A DNA stretch of 64,000 bases from an uncultured virus (IMG/VR IMGVR_UViG_3300048020_000241) (IMGVR_UViG_3300048020_000241), one strand, 5' to 3'. Shown: positions 25,783 to 35,585, counted from the first letter of the stretch. Program-made: numbers and translations. Notes: generated by a model not told the origin, from the letters alone.

Positions 25783-27912
25783 ATGAAAACCATAGTTTAT
25801 GTGCTTTTAGGGCTACTTGTGAGCTTGCCGGTGTGGTCTAATGAAACACCGCCGGAAAGAATTAATGCAGAGGAATTGCGTGAAATTTCTCAGAAAAGAA
25901 AAGTTGTTATTATCATCAACAAAGAAGGAAAACAACTTGAAGGAAAGGTTTTAGAATATGACGGTGAGTCTGTGCTATTTCAACGACAGAAAGATTTACA
26001 ATTATTTCGTTTTGATTTAACTGGTTTAGCACAACAATCGCAACGTATGATTAAAGACAATTATATGACTGCGAATTATAATGTGCCAAAATTACAAAGA
26101 CCACTTCAAGAAAATCAAATCAAGAAGTTCGCCGCATATGCAGACAATTTGGTGTTGGAAAAACTTCGTAGTGAAAAACAAAGACCAACCCGTGATGTAG
26201 ATGATTATACTTTTATGCGTAGAGCATATCTTAAAATCATTGGTCGTATTCCAAACAAAGCAGAAATTGATGAATTCAAAAAAGAAATGCGTGGAAACAA
26301 ACTGAAACTAATCAATAAGTTACTAGATAGTGAAGGTTACATTAATCATCAGTTGAATTATTATAGTGATATTCTTCGTATTCAGAATAAATTAAATAAT
26401 ACTAATATCAATAGTGGATTTCGTTATCGTGAATGGGTTCGCAATGAAATTCGTAATAATACTCCGTTTGACGAAATGGTACAAAAATTAATTGCATCAG
26501 AAGGTGCTTATTATGAACCAGGAAGTGAACCAATAGGTTTTTATTTGCGTGATCGTGGTATGCCATTAGATAATCTTGCAAACACGGTACAAGTGTTTTT
26601 AGGAACTCGTTTAGAATGTGCTATGTGTCACGATCATCCATTTGATAAATGGACACAAAAGCAGTTTTATGAAATGGCCGCATTTACCGATGGAGTAAGT
26701 CGTGTTCAATATCGTGAGAACTCTAAACTTGTTGGAGACTTCAATCGTATTGTTCGCAACGACAAAACAGAAGATGTCGGAACACTTAATCAATATCGCA
26801 ATTATATTCGTGACATTATGGGTTATGGATTAGATGATAATCTTGGTAAGGGTTCTATAAAACTTACAGATGCGTTTATGGAAGATGACGCAAAACCAGG
26901 AGATACTCTTCTTGCAAAAGCAATATTTGCTCCACCATTGGAAATTGAAAAAACTGACACACTTCCACAAAGTCGCAAACAATTTGCAGAATGGATTACC
27001 TCAGAAGCAAATCCAAGATTTACTACTGTTATTGTAAATCGTTTATGGAAACGAGCATTTGGAATTGGTTTGATTGAACCGGTTGATGATATGAACGATA
27101 ACACTCAATCAAGCAATCCTCAGTTACTTGCGTATCTTGAAAAAATTATGGCATCTGTTGATTATGATGTTAAAGAATTTATGCGAGTATTATATAGTAT
27201 GGACTTGTTTACACGTGATAGTGTTAAAGATGATCACAAAGGAGTAGAAACATTTTACTTTGCAGGACCACCTCTTCAACGAATGAAAGGTGAGCAAATA
27301 TGGGATTCACTTGTAACATTGGTATACAACGATATTGATTCACCTGATCGTTTTCCGAGCAATTACGATGAAAAGTATCAAGCAGTTTATGATCGTTACA
27401 AAGAATATACTGCTCAAGAAATTTATGATGAACTTAAAGAGTATCTTGCTAATACAGAAAAACCAAGTCGCAATCTTGCAGAAGTAGTTCAGCAATTAAA
27501 CGAGTCAGAAGGAAGGTACAAATCAAAGCAACTTAAAGACAGAGATTTAATTCGTAGTAGTTATGTAGGTTATCCACCACCTGGTGGACATCTTATTCGC
27601 CAGTTTGGTGGAAGTGACAAAGCACTTATTGAAAACTCAAACTTTGAAGCAACAACACCACAAGTATTGAATATGTTGAATGGTTTCGTGGAAAAAAGAA
27701 TTATCAATAATAAGAATGCTGATTTTATGAAGCAGATGGCACAAGAAAATCGTGAAACCGGAAAAATTGAGGACATCTTTATGAGCATTCTTAATCGTAA
27801 ACCAACTTCAACGGAGATGAAATTACTTAAAAAATATATCGATGAACCAAACGGTGCAAAACATATTGCGTGGATTCTTATGAACTCCCACGAATTTATT
27901 TTCATTCGTTAA
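25783..27912 (+). CDS. DUF1549/DUF1553 (PSCyt2/PSD1) protein with signal peptide, SHD1-like domain and CxxCH motif
   Basis: FMRRAYLKIIGRIP, FLGTRLECAMCHDHPFDKWTQKQFY, VNRLWKRAFGIGLIEPVDD, IAWILMNSHEFIF; N-terminal EGKQLEGKVL...FRFDLTGLAQQSQ. Confidence 0.9.
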   Translation: MKTIVYVLLGLLVSLPVWSNETPPERINAEELREISQKRKVVIIINKEGKQLEGKVLEYDGESVLFQRQKDLQLFRFDLTGLAQQSQRMIKDNYMTANYNVPKLQRPLQENQIKKFAAYADNLVLEKLRSEKQRPTRDVDDYTFMRRAYLKIIGRIPNKAEIDEFKKEMRGNKLKLINKLLDSEGYINHQLNYYSDILRIQNKLNNTNINSGFRYREWVRNEIRNNTPFDEMVQKLIASEGAYYEPGSEPIGFYLRDRGMPLDNLANTVQVFLGTRLECAMCHDHPFDKWTQKQFYEMAAFTDGVSRVQYRENSKLVGDFNRIVRNDKTEDVGTLNQYRNYIRDIMGYGLDDNLGKGSIKLTDAFMEDDAKPGDTLLAKAIFAPPLEIEKTDTLPQSRKQFAEWITSEANPRFTTVIVNRLWKRAFGIGLIEPVDDMNDNTQSSNPQLLAYLEKIMASVDYDVKEFMRVLYSMDLFTRDSVKDDHKGVETFYFAGPPLQRMKGEQIWDSLVTLVYNDIDSPDRFPSNYDEKYQAVYDRYKEYTAQEIYDELKEYLANTEKPSRNLAEVVQQLNESEGRYKSKQLKDRDLIRSSYVGYPPPGGHLIRQFGGSDKALIENSNFEATTPQVLNMLNGFVEKRIINNKNADFMKQMAQENRETGKIEDIFMSILNRKPTSTEMKLLKKYIDEPNGAKHIAWILMNSHEFIFIR

Positions 27913-27940
27913 TTTTAAACTAGAAAAGGAAAAAAATAAA

Positions 27941-29224
27941 ATGGAAAACCTATTAAAAGACGAACTCTCAAGAAGAGGATTCCTCACAGGCATGGCAAAA
28001 TCTTGTCTTGGTGTTAGTGCAATCTTAGGAGCAGAAGATTTGCTTGCGTATGAAATACCTGGTAAAACTGCATCTGCTCGTCACGTTATCTTTTTGTATA
28101 TGGCAGGTGGAATGACTCATATTGATACATTTGATCCTAAACCTGAGAACAAAGATGTTATGGGTGAAACAACTGCTATCAACACATCTGCTGATGGAAT
28201 TCAGTTGGGTAATTGGTTACCAAATACTGCAAAGCAAATGCACAATGCGGCTTTGATTCGTAGTTTGACAAGTAATCAAGGAGCACACCAACAAGCAAAC
28301 TATTTGCTTCATACTTCTTATCAACGCAGAGGAACTATCAAGCATCCTACATTGGGAAGTTGGGTAAGTCGTTTATCAGGTAAATTGAATCGCACTCTTC
28401 CTGCTCACGTTCGTATCAACGGTGGAAGTGATGTATTGGGTGCTGGATTCTTAGAAAGCAAACACGGTCCTCTTCCATTGGGTAATCCAAGTAGTGGAAT
28501 TCAGAATGTTAAGGCAGCCGGTTATCTTGAGCAATCATTATACACACAACGTCTTCATACTGCACAAGAATTTAACAAAATGTTTCTGAATGAATACTCT
28601 CAAAAACAAGTACGTGCGTACACAGACTTATATAACGATGCAGTAAAGTTGATGAGCAGTAAAGATTTGGAAGCATTTGATCTTACAAAAGAAACCGAAG
28701 AAACCCGTGAACTTTACGGAGAAAATAACTTTGGACAAGGATGTTTGCTTGCTCGTCGTTTAGTTGAAACTGGTGTTCGTTTTGTTGAAGTTCAACTTGG
28801 TGGTTGGGATATGCACAACGGAGTATTTGACGGAATGGCAACCCGTGGTGCTACACTTGACCAAGGTTTATCAGCATTGCTTTCTGATCTCGAAAGAACA
28901 GGTAAAATTGATGACACTATGGTTGTTGTTGCAAGTGAGTTCGGAAGAACACCTGAAGTTAAAGCAGGTCGTATCGGACGAGACCATCACCCAACTGCTT
29001 TTAGTGCAATGCTTGCAGGTGGAGGAATCAAGGGTGGAACCGTTTATGGTAAGAGTGACGAACGAGCACACTATGTAGAAGAAGAAGGTTCATCTGTAGA
29101 AGACCTCAATGCAACGGTTGCTCATGCTCTTGGTCTTAAACTTGAAGAAATACACTACTCACCAAGTGGACGTCCATTCAAGGTAGCACACGATGGTAAA
29201 GTGCTTACCAAGTTGTTAGTGTAA
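27941..29224 (+). CDS. DUF1501 family protein with twin-arginine signal
   Basis: SRRGFL, VIFLYMAGGMTHIDTFDPKP, FGQGCLLARRLVETGVRFVEV, GWDMH, SEFGRTP, GRDHHP. Confidence 0.95.
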   Translation: MENLLKDELSRRGFLTGMAKSCLGVSAILGAEDLLAYEIPGKTASARHVIFLYMAGGMTHIDTFDPKPENKDVMGETTAINTSADGIQLGNWLPNTAKQMHNAALIRSLTSNQGAHQQANYLLHTSYQRRGTIKHPTLGSWVSRLSGKLNRTLPAHVRINGGSDVLGAGFLESKHGPLPLGNPSSGIQNVKAAGYLEQSLYTQRLHTAQEFNKMFLNEYSQKQVRAYTDLYNDAVKLMSSKDLEAFDLTKETEETRELYGENNFGQGCLLARRLVETGVRFVEVQLGGWDMHNGVFDGMATRGATLDQGLSALLSDLERTGKIDDTMVVVASEFGRTPEVKAGRIGRDHHPTAFSAMLAGGGIKGGTVYGKSDERAHYVEEEGSSVEDLNATVAHALGLKLEEIHYSPSGRPFKVAHDGKVLTKLLV

Positions 29225-29261
29225 TTTAAGTTAATTACTTACAGTTTAGTTAGTTTAGTGC

Positions 29262-29311
29262 TTGACTTTTTATAAAAAGTTTGGTAGTATTCTTGTATTG
29301 AGAGTGAGAAA
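29262..29311 (+). promoter_or_regulatory. conserved promoter/leader element
   Basis: TTGACT 29262, TAGTAT 29285, TATTGAGAGTGAGAA. Confidence 0.85.
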
Positions 29312-29336
29312 GAACCAAACTAAAAAAGGAGAAAAT

Positions 29337-29507
29337 ATGAGTGAGTTCGTTAATAAAAGTGATATACTAGCAGAAAAGATTGCAAGAAGAACAGAAGTTA
29401 CCAAGGAAATAAAGGAAATGAGGTCAGTTGGAAATTATGATGGTGCTGAGTTTTTATTGAATGAATTGAGAAATCTGAATCGGATGATCAAGAATTTCAG
29501 CAAGTAA
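29337..29507 (+). CDS. small hypothetical protein
   Basis: SD AAGGAG, ATG 29337. Confidence 0.6.
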   Translation: MSEFVNKSDILAEKIARRTEVTKEIKEMRSVGNYDGAEFLLNELRNLNRMIKNFSK

Positions 29508-29519
29508 TGATTTTTTAGG

Positions 29520-29575
29520 TTGACTTTTTATAATAATTCTGATAGGATTACTGTATTGAAAGTGAGAGAAGAGAA
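29520..29575 (+). promoter_or_regulatory. conserved promoter/leader element
   Basis: TTGACT 29520, TAGGAT 29543, TATTGAAAGTGAGAGAAGAGAA. Confidence 0.85.
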
Positions 29576-29584
29576 ACAAAAAAT

Positions 29585-29932
29585 ATGAGAGAAACTAAGT
29601 TTGATTTAACTACCCCACGTGGAATTTACGATGCTATGAAGCAACGCAAGATTGATCTTCACAACGATGCCAAGTCAACGGCAGAAATTTTTAGGAAGCA
29701 TAATCTGTTTGTGCGAGTTGTGTATCGCAAGCATTATGATCCTTATGTAAGAATTTATGGTAGTGCTTGCAAGCAAGTTCACGGTGATCCCAAGTGGATT
29801 GATATTGCTAATACTGCAATGCAAGAAGCAATTGCAATGGGATATCAAAATGATGTCTTTTTTAGTCACGAAGGTGAATGTAGCACCGGTATCGGCAATA
29901 GTCTTCGTTGGAGAAATTGCCAAAGTGCTTAA
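29585..29932 (+). CDS. hypothetical protein
   Basis: 115 aa directly after the promoter element. Confidence 0.6.
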   Translation: MRETKFDLTTPRGIYDAMKQRKIDLHNDAKSTAEIFRKHNLFVRVVYRKHYDPYVRIYGSACKQVHGDPKWIDIANTAMQEAIAMGYQNDVFFSHEGECSTGIGNSLRWRNCQSA

Positions 29933-29958
29933 TACACAGAATTACAAAAATAACAATT

Positions 29959-30195
29959 ATGACACAAGCAGAAATTAGAAACAAAATCAAAGAAATCGTT
30001 AACGAAAATACTCGTTATGCTGATCCCAAGGATTCTATTAACACAAGTAAGTTTCACGGATGGGAAGCAAAGAAGTTTGCCGGAAAAGAAGGTTACTGCA
30101 TTCAGTCAGCAGAAGAAGCACTTGATGATATCATACACGACTTGAAGTCTTTGCAAAGAGAAATTGCTACTTCACCATCACTTACAACAAGTTAA
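29959..30195 (+). CDS. hypothetical protein
   Basis: ATG at 29959. Confidence 0.55.
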   Translation: MTQAEIRNKIKEIVNENTRYADPKDSINTSKFHGWEAKKFAGKEGYCIQSAEEALDDIIHDLKSLQREIATSPSLTTS

Positions 30196-30202
30196 CAATA
30201 TT

Positions 30203-30442
30203 ATGAGTATAAATCAGCATATAGAAGAATGTGCAACGGAAAGTGGAGTTGACCTTGAGGTTAGCAATTCCAACGAAGAAAACATTGAATACAAAAGTCA
30301 CATCATTGAGGTATGGTACGATGAGAATTCCAGTTCACCTCTTGCATGGAATGCTTTTATCAAAGGATTTGGAACTTATTCAGAGTATGGACGTGATCGG
30401 GTTGTTCACGTCGCAAAACGAAAAATTGACGGACTATGCTAA
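30203..30442 (+). CDS. hypothetical protein
   Basis: ATG at 30203. Confidence 0.55.
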   Translation: MSINQHIEECATESGVDLEVSNSNEENIEYKSHIIEVWYDENSSSPLAWNAFIKGFGTYSEYGRDRVVHVAKRKIDGLC

Positions 30443-30595
30443 ATCTACTTAAAAACATTATTGGTATAGCAATTACTTTATACGGAACATTACTGATTAT
30501 CAATTTAGTGTATTGTATTATCGGAGAACTTGAATGGAATAGATTTTTTTATTTGTAATTGAGTCTAACTTACATCTATTCAATATATATTGAGT

Positions 30596-31867
30596 ATGGA
30601 AAAGTTAGACAAGGCAGATAAAGATATGCTAATAGAATGTGTATCTGGTGGTGTAAATAATCTTGAGTTTTTGTCTAAAAAATCATCAACAAGAATTAAT
30701 GTGTATAAGATTCTTGCGAATGATCGTCCAAGTGCAAGAAGAAAAGTTCAAGCAAGACTTAGAAAAGAAAAAATACGATTCACCGAAAAGAAAACTAATT
30801 TATCAAGTGAATCAATCACAGAATTCAATCGTGGACAACTTATAGTACGGATTTTGTATAAACCACTACGGGGTGGTATGACTGAAACTACATTAAATTC
30901 TACGATTACTGAACTTGTGCCATGTTTAATGTTCCATAACAACATCAATACAAGTGATGTCAATAAACTACAAACCGAGTTATTTAAATTAAAACATTCA
31001 TCTCAAAAGTGCTATGTAGATGTCGCAGACTCGGTAAACGGTTTAAAATTTATTGAAAGATTTGAAACATCTTCAAAATACAATGAAAAAATGAAGAACG
31101 CAATGGCAGTATATAAGTTTTTATGTGAAACAAACAAAAAGAAACCCATAAAAACAGTCTATTGGACATATCGCAGAAAACCAGCAGGAGTTCCAAGTAA
31201 TTCCCCTGCTGACATTGTAATTTGTTTTCAGGACAGAGAACTTTTGGGAGTGAGTCTTAAAGCAGGAACTAGTTCAAGTAAAGAACCTTTGCTTAACACT
31301 TATATAAATCCTATATTTGATTATTTTGATTCAAGTAAAACTTCTGCATTACGAAAGAAACTTTATACATCAGTATACAATAAAATAGAAAATATACCTT
31401 CAATAGAAAACTACGATAAGTCGCAAAAAAAGCAAACACTTGAACTTTTAGATTTACTTGAAAGAACCGACTTAAAAAGATACAATGACTTGTACGATGA
31501 TTCTCTTAAAATAATACGAGACAATCTTGTAAAAACTCTTGTAAGTGATAAAAAGAAGTTTTTAGATTACTTGAAGTATGCAGTCTTAAAAGAAAGTAAT
31601 GTTCCTGTGATAATAATAAAAGCATCTGGTTCATCGTTTGAAGAAAAAAAAGATTCCAATAAACTTAAAAAACTTCTTCCACAAATAGTTTCAATAGATG
31701 CAAAGATCACAAGTTCATCTAAACAAAATTTTTGTATACTATTAAAAGGGAAAACGGGAATTATTGGTAAAACGAATTGGTCCGTGAGAAGTAATAAGGT
31801 GGGAGTCGACCATAAACTTGGCCAATTTTTTAATATGGCAGTCAAATACAATGGTTTAGATTATTAA
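30596..31867 (+). CDS. putative PD-(D/E)XK-fold nuclease
   Basis: TITELVP helix, SPADIVI and GVSLKAG motifs. Confidence 0.55.
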   Translation: MEKLDKADKDMLIECVSGGVNNLEFLSKKSSTRINVYKILANDRPSARRKVQARLRKEKIRFTEKKTNLSSESITEFNRGQLIVRILYKPLRGGMTETTLNSTITELVPCLMFHNNINTSDVNKLQTELFKLKHSSQKCYVDVADSVNGLKFIERFETSSKYNEKMKNAMAVYKFLCETNKKKPIKTVYWTYRRKPAGVPSNSPADIVICFQDRELLGVSLKAGTSSSKEPLLNTYINPIFDYFDSSKTSALRKKLYTSVYNKIENIPSIENYDKSQKKQTLELLDLLERTDLKRYNDLYDDSLKIIRDNLVKTLVSDKKKFLDYLKYAVLKESNVPVIIIKASGSSFEEKKDSNKLKKLLPQIVSIDAKITSSSKQNFCILLKGKTGIIGKTNWSVRSNKVGVDHKLGQFFNMAVKYNGLDY

Positions 31868-32259
31868 CCATTTTGTTTCCATTCTTCACCTTCATCATCT
31901 CCAAAGTCCTCGATGTCTTCAACTTCATCAAAATCCGTATAGGCATCAAGGTATTTACTTTCATCAGATGTAAAGTGATTTATATCATGCAAAAACAAAT
32001 GACCATCAAAAGTAGGATATTTTTCACGAAACTTCTTTTCAAACTCAACAAACTTTTCAAGTGTCAAAGTTTCATAAGGAAAATCAATACAGGCCTCAAT
32101 GTCTTCTCCAAATGTACCACCTGCAGAACCTTTAAAAGATTCAACAAAATCTAAAATTTCATCTACACGGGCATCAATTTCAGCATCATTTATACCAACG
32201 AAACCATATTCTTTACCACGGATGGAGATACCGTGTTTTATGTCAAAAAGTCCTTCCAT
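31864..32259 (-). CDS. acidic hypothetical protein (only minus-strand gene)
   Basis: ATG 32259 preceded by TATTTAT on the minus strand; its stop shares TTAA with the convergent gene. Confidence 0.65.
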   Translation of the reverse strand: MEGLFDIKHGISIRGKEYGFVGINDAEIDARVDEILDFVESFKGSAGGTFGEDIEACIDFPYETLTLEKFVEFEKKFREKYPTFDGHLFLHDINHFTSDESKYLDAYTDFDEVEDIEDFGDDEGEEWKQNG

Positions 32260-32312
32260 GTTAAACATAAATATCAAAAAAAAATAGAAACATATATATA
32301 TTCGCATTTTGC

Positions 32313-32341
32313 TTGACTTTTTATAGTTTTTTTAATAGTAT
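32313..32341 (+). promoter_or_regulatory. conserved promoter element (leaderless variant)
   Basis: TTGACTTTTTATA 32313, TAGTAT 32336, ATG 32348. Confidence 0.8.
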
Positions 32342-32347
32342 TTAAAA

Positions 32348-33004
32348 ATGAGAGAATCTGTTATAGAAAAATATAATAAAGGTGTAATTCTGCATTTTCA
32401 TAAAAGTATGCATGATAATTGCAAGTGGGACAAAAACAATAGCACTTGGAATGTGCTTAAAAAGAGATATGATAATGGTCAACGTGACTCGCAAATGCAA
32501 AAACTTTATGATGCTGAGTATTCTTTAATTCCATGTTCTCCCAAAGATAATCTTAGTTTTGATGAATTGATTTACAAAATAAACGAGGTGGTCAATCATA
32601 CTTGGTTTAGAAAAAAGTTCGGAAGACTTTTCTCGGACACAGTATTGAAAGTGGAAAATGCAAGTTCTCGTCAGAATATGGCATACGCATTTGGTACAGA
32701 TTTGCTATCATTTCCACCTCACTTTTGTAATGTACCAATCATTTTACACGAATTAACACATATTATAGTAGATAGATTACATTTTGTGGTAAACATGAAC
32801 AAAAGTTATACTACTCACGGAAGAATGTTTGCTTTTATTTATCTTGAACTCGTTAAGAAATTTATGGGTGATCGTAGTTACACTATTCTTAAAACTGGAT
32901 ACAAAAACTATAATGTTAAGTATCGTAATAGAATTCCACAAACTTCAGCAAAAAAGAAAATACTAAGAGAAAGATTAAAAGTTATAAAAAGTCAAAATGT
33001 ATAA
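32348..33004 (+). CDS. HExxH putative metallohydrolase (Rv0185/SprT-like)
   Basis: RDSQMQKLYDAE, ILHELTH, HGRMF motifs. Confidence 0.7.
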   Translation: MRESVIEKYNKGVILHFHKSMHDNCKWDKNNSTWNVLKKRYDNGQRDSQMQKLYDAEYSLIPCSPKDNLSFDELIYKINEVVNHTWFRKKFGRLFSDTVLKVENASSRQNMAYAFGTDLLSFPPHFCNVPIILHELTHIIVDRLHFVVNMNKSYTTHGRMFAFIYLELVKKFMGDRSYTILKTGYKNYNVKYRNRIPQTSAKKKILRERLKVIKSQNV

Positions 33005-33016
33005 TATTTATATTTT

Positions 33017-33160
33017 GTGTTAGACAAAATACTTGATAAACTTAGTTGGATAATTGCATATATGTGCTTACCTATAACATATCCTATTCATTATTTCAGA
33101 ATGAAAGAACTTGATAAAAAGATAGCAAACGAAAGAAAAGAACGAGAAGCACATCTTTGA
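33017..33160 (+). CDS. 47-aa single-pass membrane protein
   Basis: GTG start 5 nt after TATTTAT; hydrophobic segment followed by a charged tail. Confidence 0.45.
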   Translation: MLDKILDKLSWIIAYMCLPITYPIHYFRMKELDKKIANERKEREAHL

Positions 33161-33464
33161 AGATAAAATACTATAAAAGGGGTTGACACAATTAGTATTT
33201 TGTAATATATTTGTTACTTTATGAATATTTTAAAGAATAGCAAATGTAATCAGCAATGTGCTAATAATACATTTGAGGCGGACAACAATAATGTCATATA
33301 TGGTGATGCTAACCATATCAGGGGTGTGGATAGAAAGTATAACTTTTTATAAAAACTCTTTAATTATAGTAAAAAAGCAAAACATTATTATAATTATAAT
33401 AAAGTCCTTCATAACGAAGGCACGTTTTCAATTAAGAAAACATAGAACATAAGGAAATAGCAAA

Positions 33465-33698
33465 ATGAAAGCAATATTCGAAAAAGTAAATGGATTCGTT
33501 AAGGGCTTGACTGGTATTTTTCTCGGAGTTGTAGGACTCGGAGTTGCTGGTCAAATCGTTCTTGGTGATAAAGTTGGACTCGATGTTATCGGTAACCTTC
33601 AAGGTATCGTTGACGGGTTCGTTGGTGAAGGTGCAAGTCTTGCAGGTTTAATTACTCTGCTTGTAGTTTTAGCATTGATCGCTGGTGACGACAAGTAA
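33465..33698 (+). CDS. small Gly-rich membrane protein
   Basis: 77 aa, two hydrophobic helices around DVIGNL; SD TAAGGA; hairpins in both UTRs. Confidence 0.75.
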   Translation: MKAIFEKVNGFVKGLTGIFLGVVGLGVAGQIVLGDKVGLDVIGNLQGIVDGFVGEGASLAGLITLLVVLALIAGDDK

Positions 33699-33700
33699 AC

Positions 33701-33787
33701 TATACTAGGTAACACCTAGAATATGTCTGAGCAATCAGGCTTTAGTTTTGTACCCCTTTCCTTATGGTCTGGGGTACATTTCTTTTA
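33701..33787 (+). terminator. 3' hairpin cluster and terminator
   Basis: CTAGGT/ACCTAG, GTCTGA-GCAA-TCAGGC and TGTACCCC/GGGGTACA followed by a T-rich tract. Confidence 0.7.
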
Positions 33788-33830
33788 TAAAGGTATTGAT
33801 AATCTGTATTGAATTTGTTAAAATACTTTT

Positions 33831-35585
33831 ATGCTTATTCTTCCAAAAAGTGTTTTGTCGTGCGTAGATAATTACGATGATCGTATTCGTGCTTTGTGCG
33901 AGCATTTTGTAAATGAAGTAACATGGAACGAAACTTACGAAAATCGTTTGTGCGAAGAATTTGATATTATTCAGCAAAAGAACTTTATTCAATGCTTTGA
34001 ACAAGTAACTTATATTGTGAGTTATATGCGTTCGCAGAATATTCCGCACGTTTTGCGTGGAAGTGGTGCGTGTAGTTTAGTTTGTTACTTGCTTGGTATT
34101 ACTCATATTGATCCTGTGAAAGAGAATATGGCATTAGCACGATTTATGAACTTTCATAGAAACGATCAACCTGATATTGATTTGGATGTTCCACATTATT
34201 ATCGTGATGACATATTAAAGCATTTATATGAAAAGTATCCGAATCGTGTTGCAAGAATCAGCAACGATGTCAAGTATTCCGAGAAAACTGCGTTGCGAGA
34301 AGTTATGCGTAAATACGGATTTCGTAAACAACTTCCACGGAATTTTAAAGTGGAGCATTATTTTCTTGATCCAACTGATGTTGCCAAGATTTATGCTGAA
34401 GCAGATAAATTAATCGGTGAACATAATCATTGGTCTTTGCATTGTGGTGGAATTATTGTGTATGATGATAAAGTGCCTGAAAAGGATATTCTCAAAGACA
34501 ATCAAATAAAACTCACAAAATACGATGTAGAAGAACAAAATTTAATTAAAATAGATTTGCTTTGCAATCGTGGATTAAGTCAGTTGTGGGATATAAATAA
34601 AAAATTGGTACATGAATATCCTGTTAACGATGAAAATGTAGAAGAGTTATTCAGAAACGGAGATGTTATCGGATTAACACAAGCAGAATCACGAACGATG
34701 CGTAAATGCGTTATGGCAATTCAACCTAAAAGTTACAAAGACCTTGCATTGTGTCTTGCTATAATTCGTCCTGCGGCTGCTGACAACAAACGCAAAAAGA
34801 ATTACTTTGAAGATTATACATCAGGTAATAAAAATCATATGTTGATATATGACGATGATAGCATTTATTATATTGCAGAAGTTCTTGGATGTGATTATGG
34901 AACTGCTGATGCTTATCGTAGAGCATTCAAACGAAACGAAACGACACGCATAGAAGATTTCCAAAATACTTACGACAACAAAATGCTGAATAGTACATCT
35001 TCTACATTCAACGACAAAACACAATACTCTCAGTTGCGTGAGTTGGACAAGTATTCGTTTTGCAAAGGTCATGCTCTTGCGTATGGTCAACTTGTATGGG
35101 CATTAGCATACAACAAGCATTATCACGCAGAAAAATTTTGGGAAAGCACTCTTAAAAACAATCAAAGCAGTTATCGTAAATGGGTTCATATTCGTGAAGC
35201 ACAGATTGCAGGTGTATTTGTTCCAAACAAAAACCATTTTATGAGTAGCAAAGATCAATTTCTTAAACAAGGATGGTGGACAGGTGAAGAGTTTTTACCA
35301 GGATGCTTTCTTGAACCATACGAAGATGAACCGAATGTTTATATGTTTCGTGGTATAATTGCGAATAGTCGTACTTTACGAAAGTTCGGCAAAACAACAC
35401 GTATGATTACTATTGGATACGACAACGGAAAATTTTTGGACTTAATTGTTGAAGGAGATGTTTGGTGTGGTAATCATACAATTATTCAGGGTGTCGGGGA
35501 AATAACAACGCATTGTAATTGCGAAAGTATGAAAGTAATCAAGATGTGGAAAACTTGGTTTGACAAAAAGCATTATTCTTTCTAA
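33831..35585 (+). CDS. dnaE: DNA polymerase III alpha-like (family C) protein lacking the PHP domain
   Basis: RGSGACSLVCYLLGITHIDP, PDIDLD, HCGGII, KIDLL, AIIRP, YSFCKGHALAY; 584 aa. Confidence 0.85.
   Translation: MLILPKSVLSCVDNYDDRIRALCEHFVNEVTWNETYENRLCEEFDIIQQKNFIQCFEQVTYIVSYMRSQNIPHVLRGSGACSLVCYLLGITHIDPVKENMALARFMNFHRNDQPDIDLDVPHYYRDDILKHLYEKYPNRVARISNDVKYSEKTALREVMRKYGFRKQLPRNFKVEHYFLDPTDVAKIYAEADKLIGEHNHWSLHCGGIIVYDDKVPEKDILKDNQIKLTKYDVEEQNLIKIDLLCNRGLSQLWDINKKLVHEYPVNDENVEELFRNGDVIGLTQAESRTMRKCVMAIQPKSYKDLALCLAIIRPAAADNKRKKNYFEDYTSGNKNHMLIYDDDSIYYIAEVLGCDYGTADAYRRAFKRNETTRIEDFQNTYDNKMLNSTSSTFNDKTQYSQLRELDKYSFCKGHALAYGQLVWALAYNKHYHAEKFWESTLKNNQSSYRKWVHIREAQIAGVFVPNKNHFMSSKDQFLKQGWWTGEEFLPGCFLEPYEDEPNVYMFRGIIANSRTLRKFGKTTRMITIGYDNGKFLDLIVEGDVWCGNHTIIQGVGEITTHCNCESMKVIKMWKTWFDKKHYSF

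Noticed and set aside
33221..33452. Short ORFs 33221..33352 and 33258..33452
   Set aside because: No recognisable motifs or SD; a TTGACA promoter at 33183 suggests transcription, but I cannot tell peptide from leader RNA.
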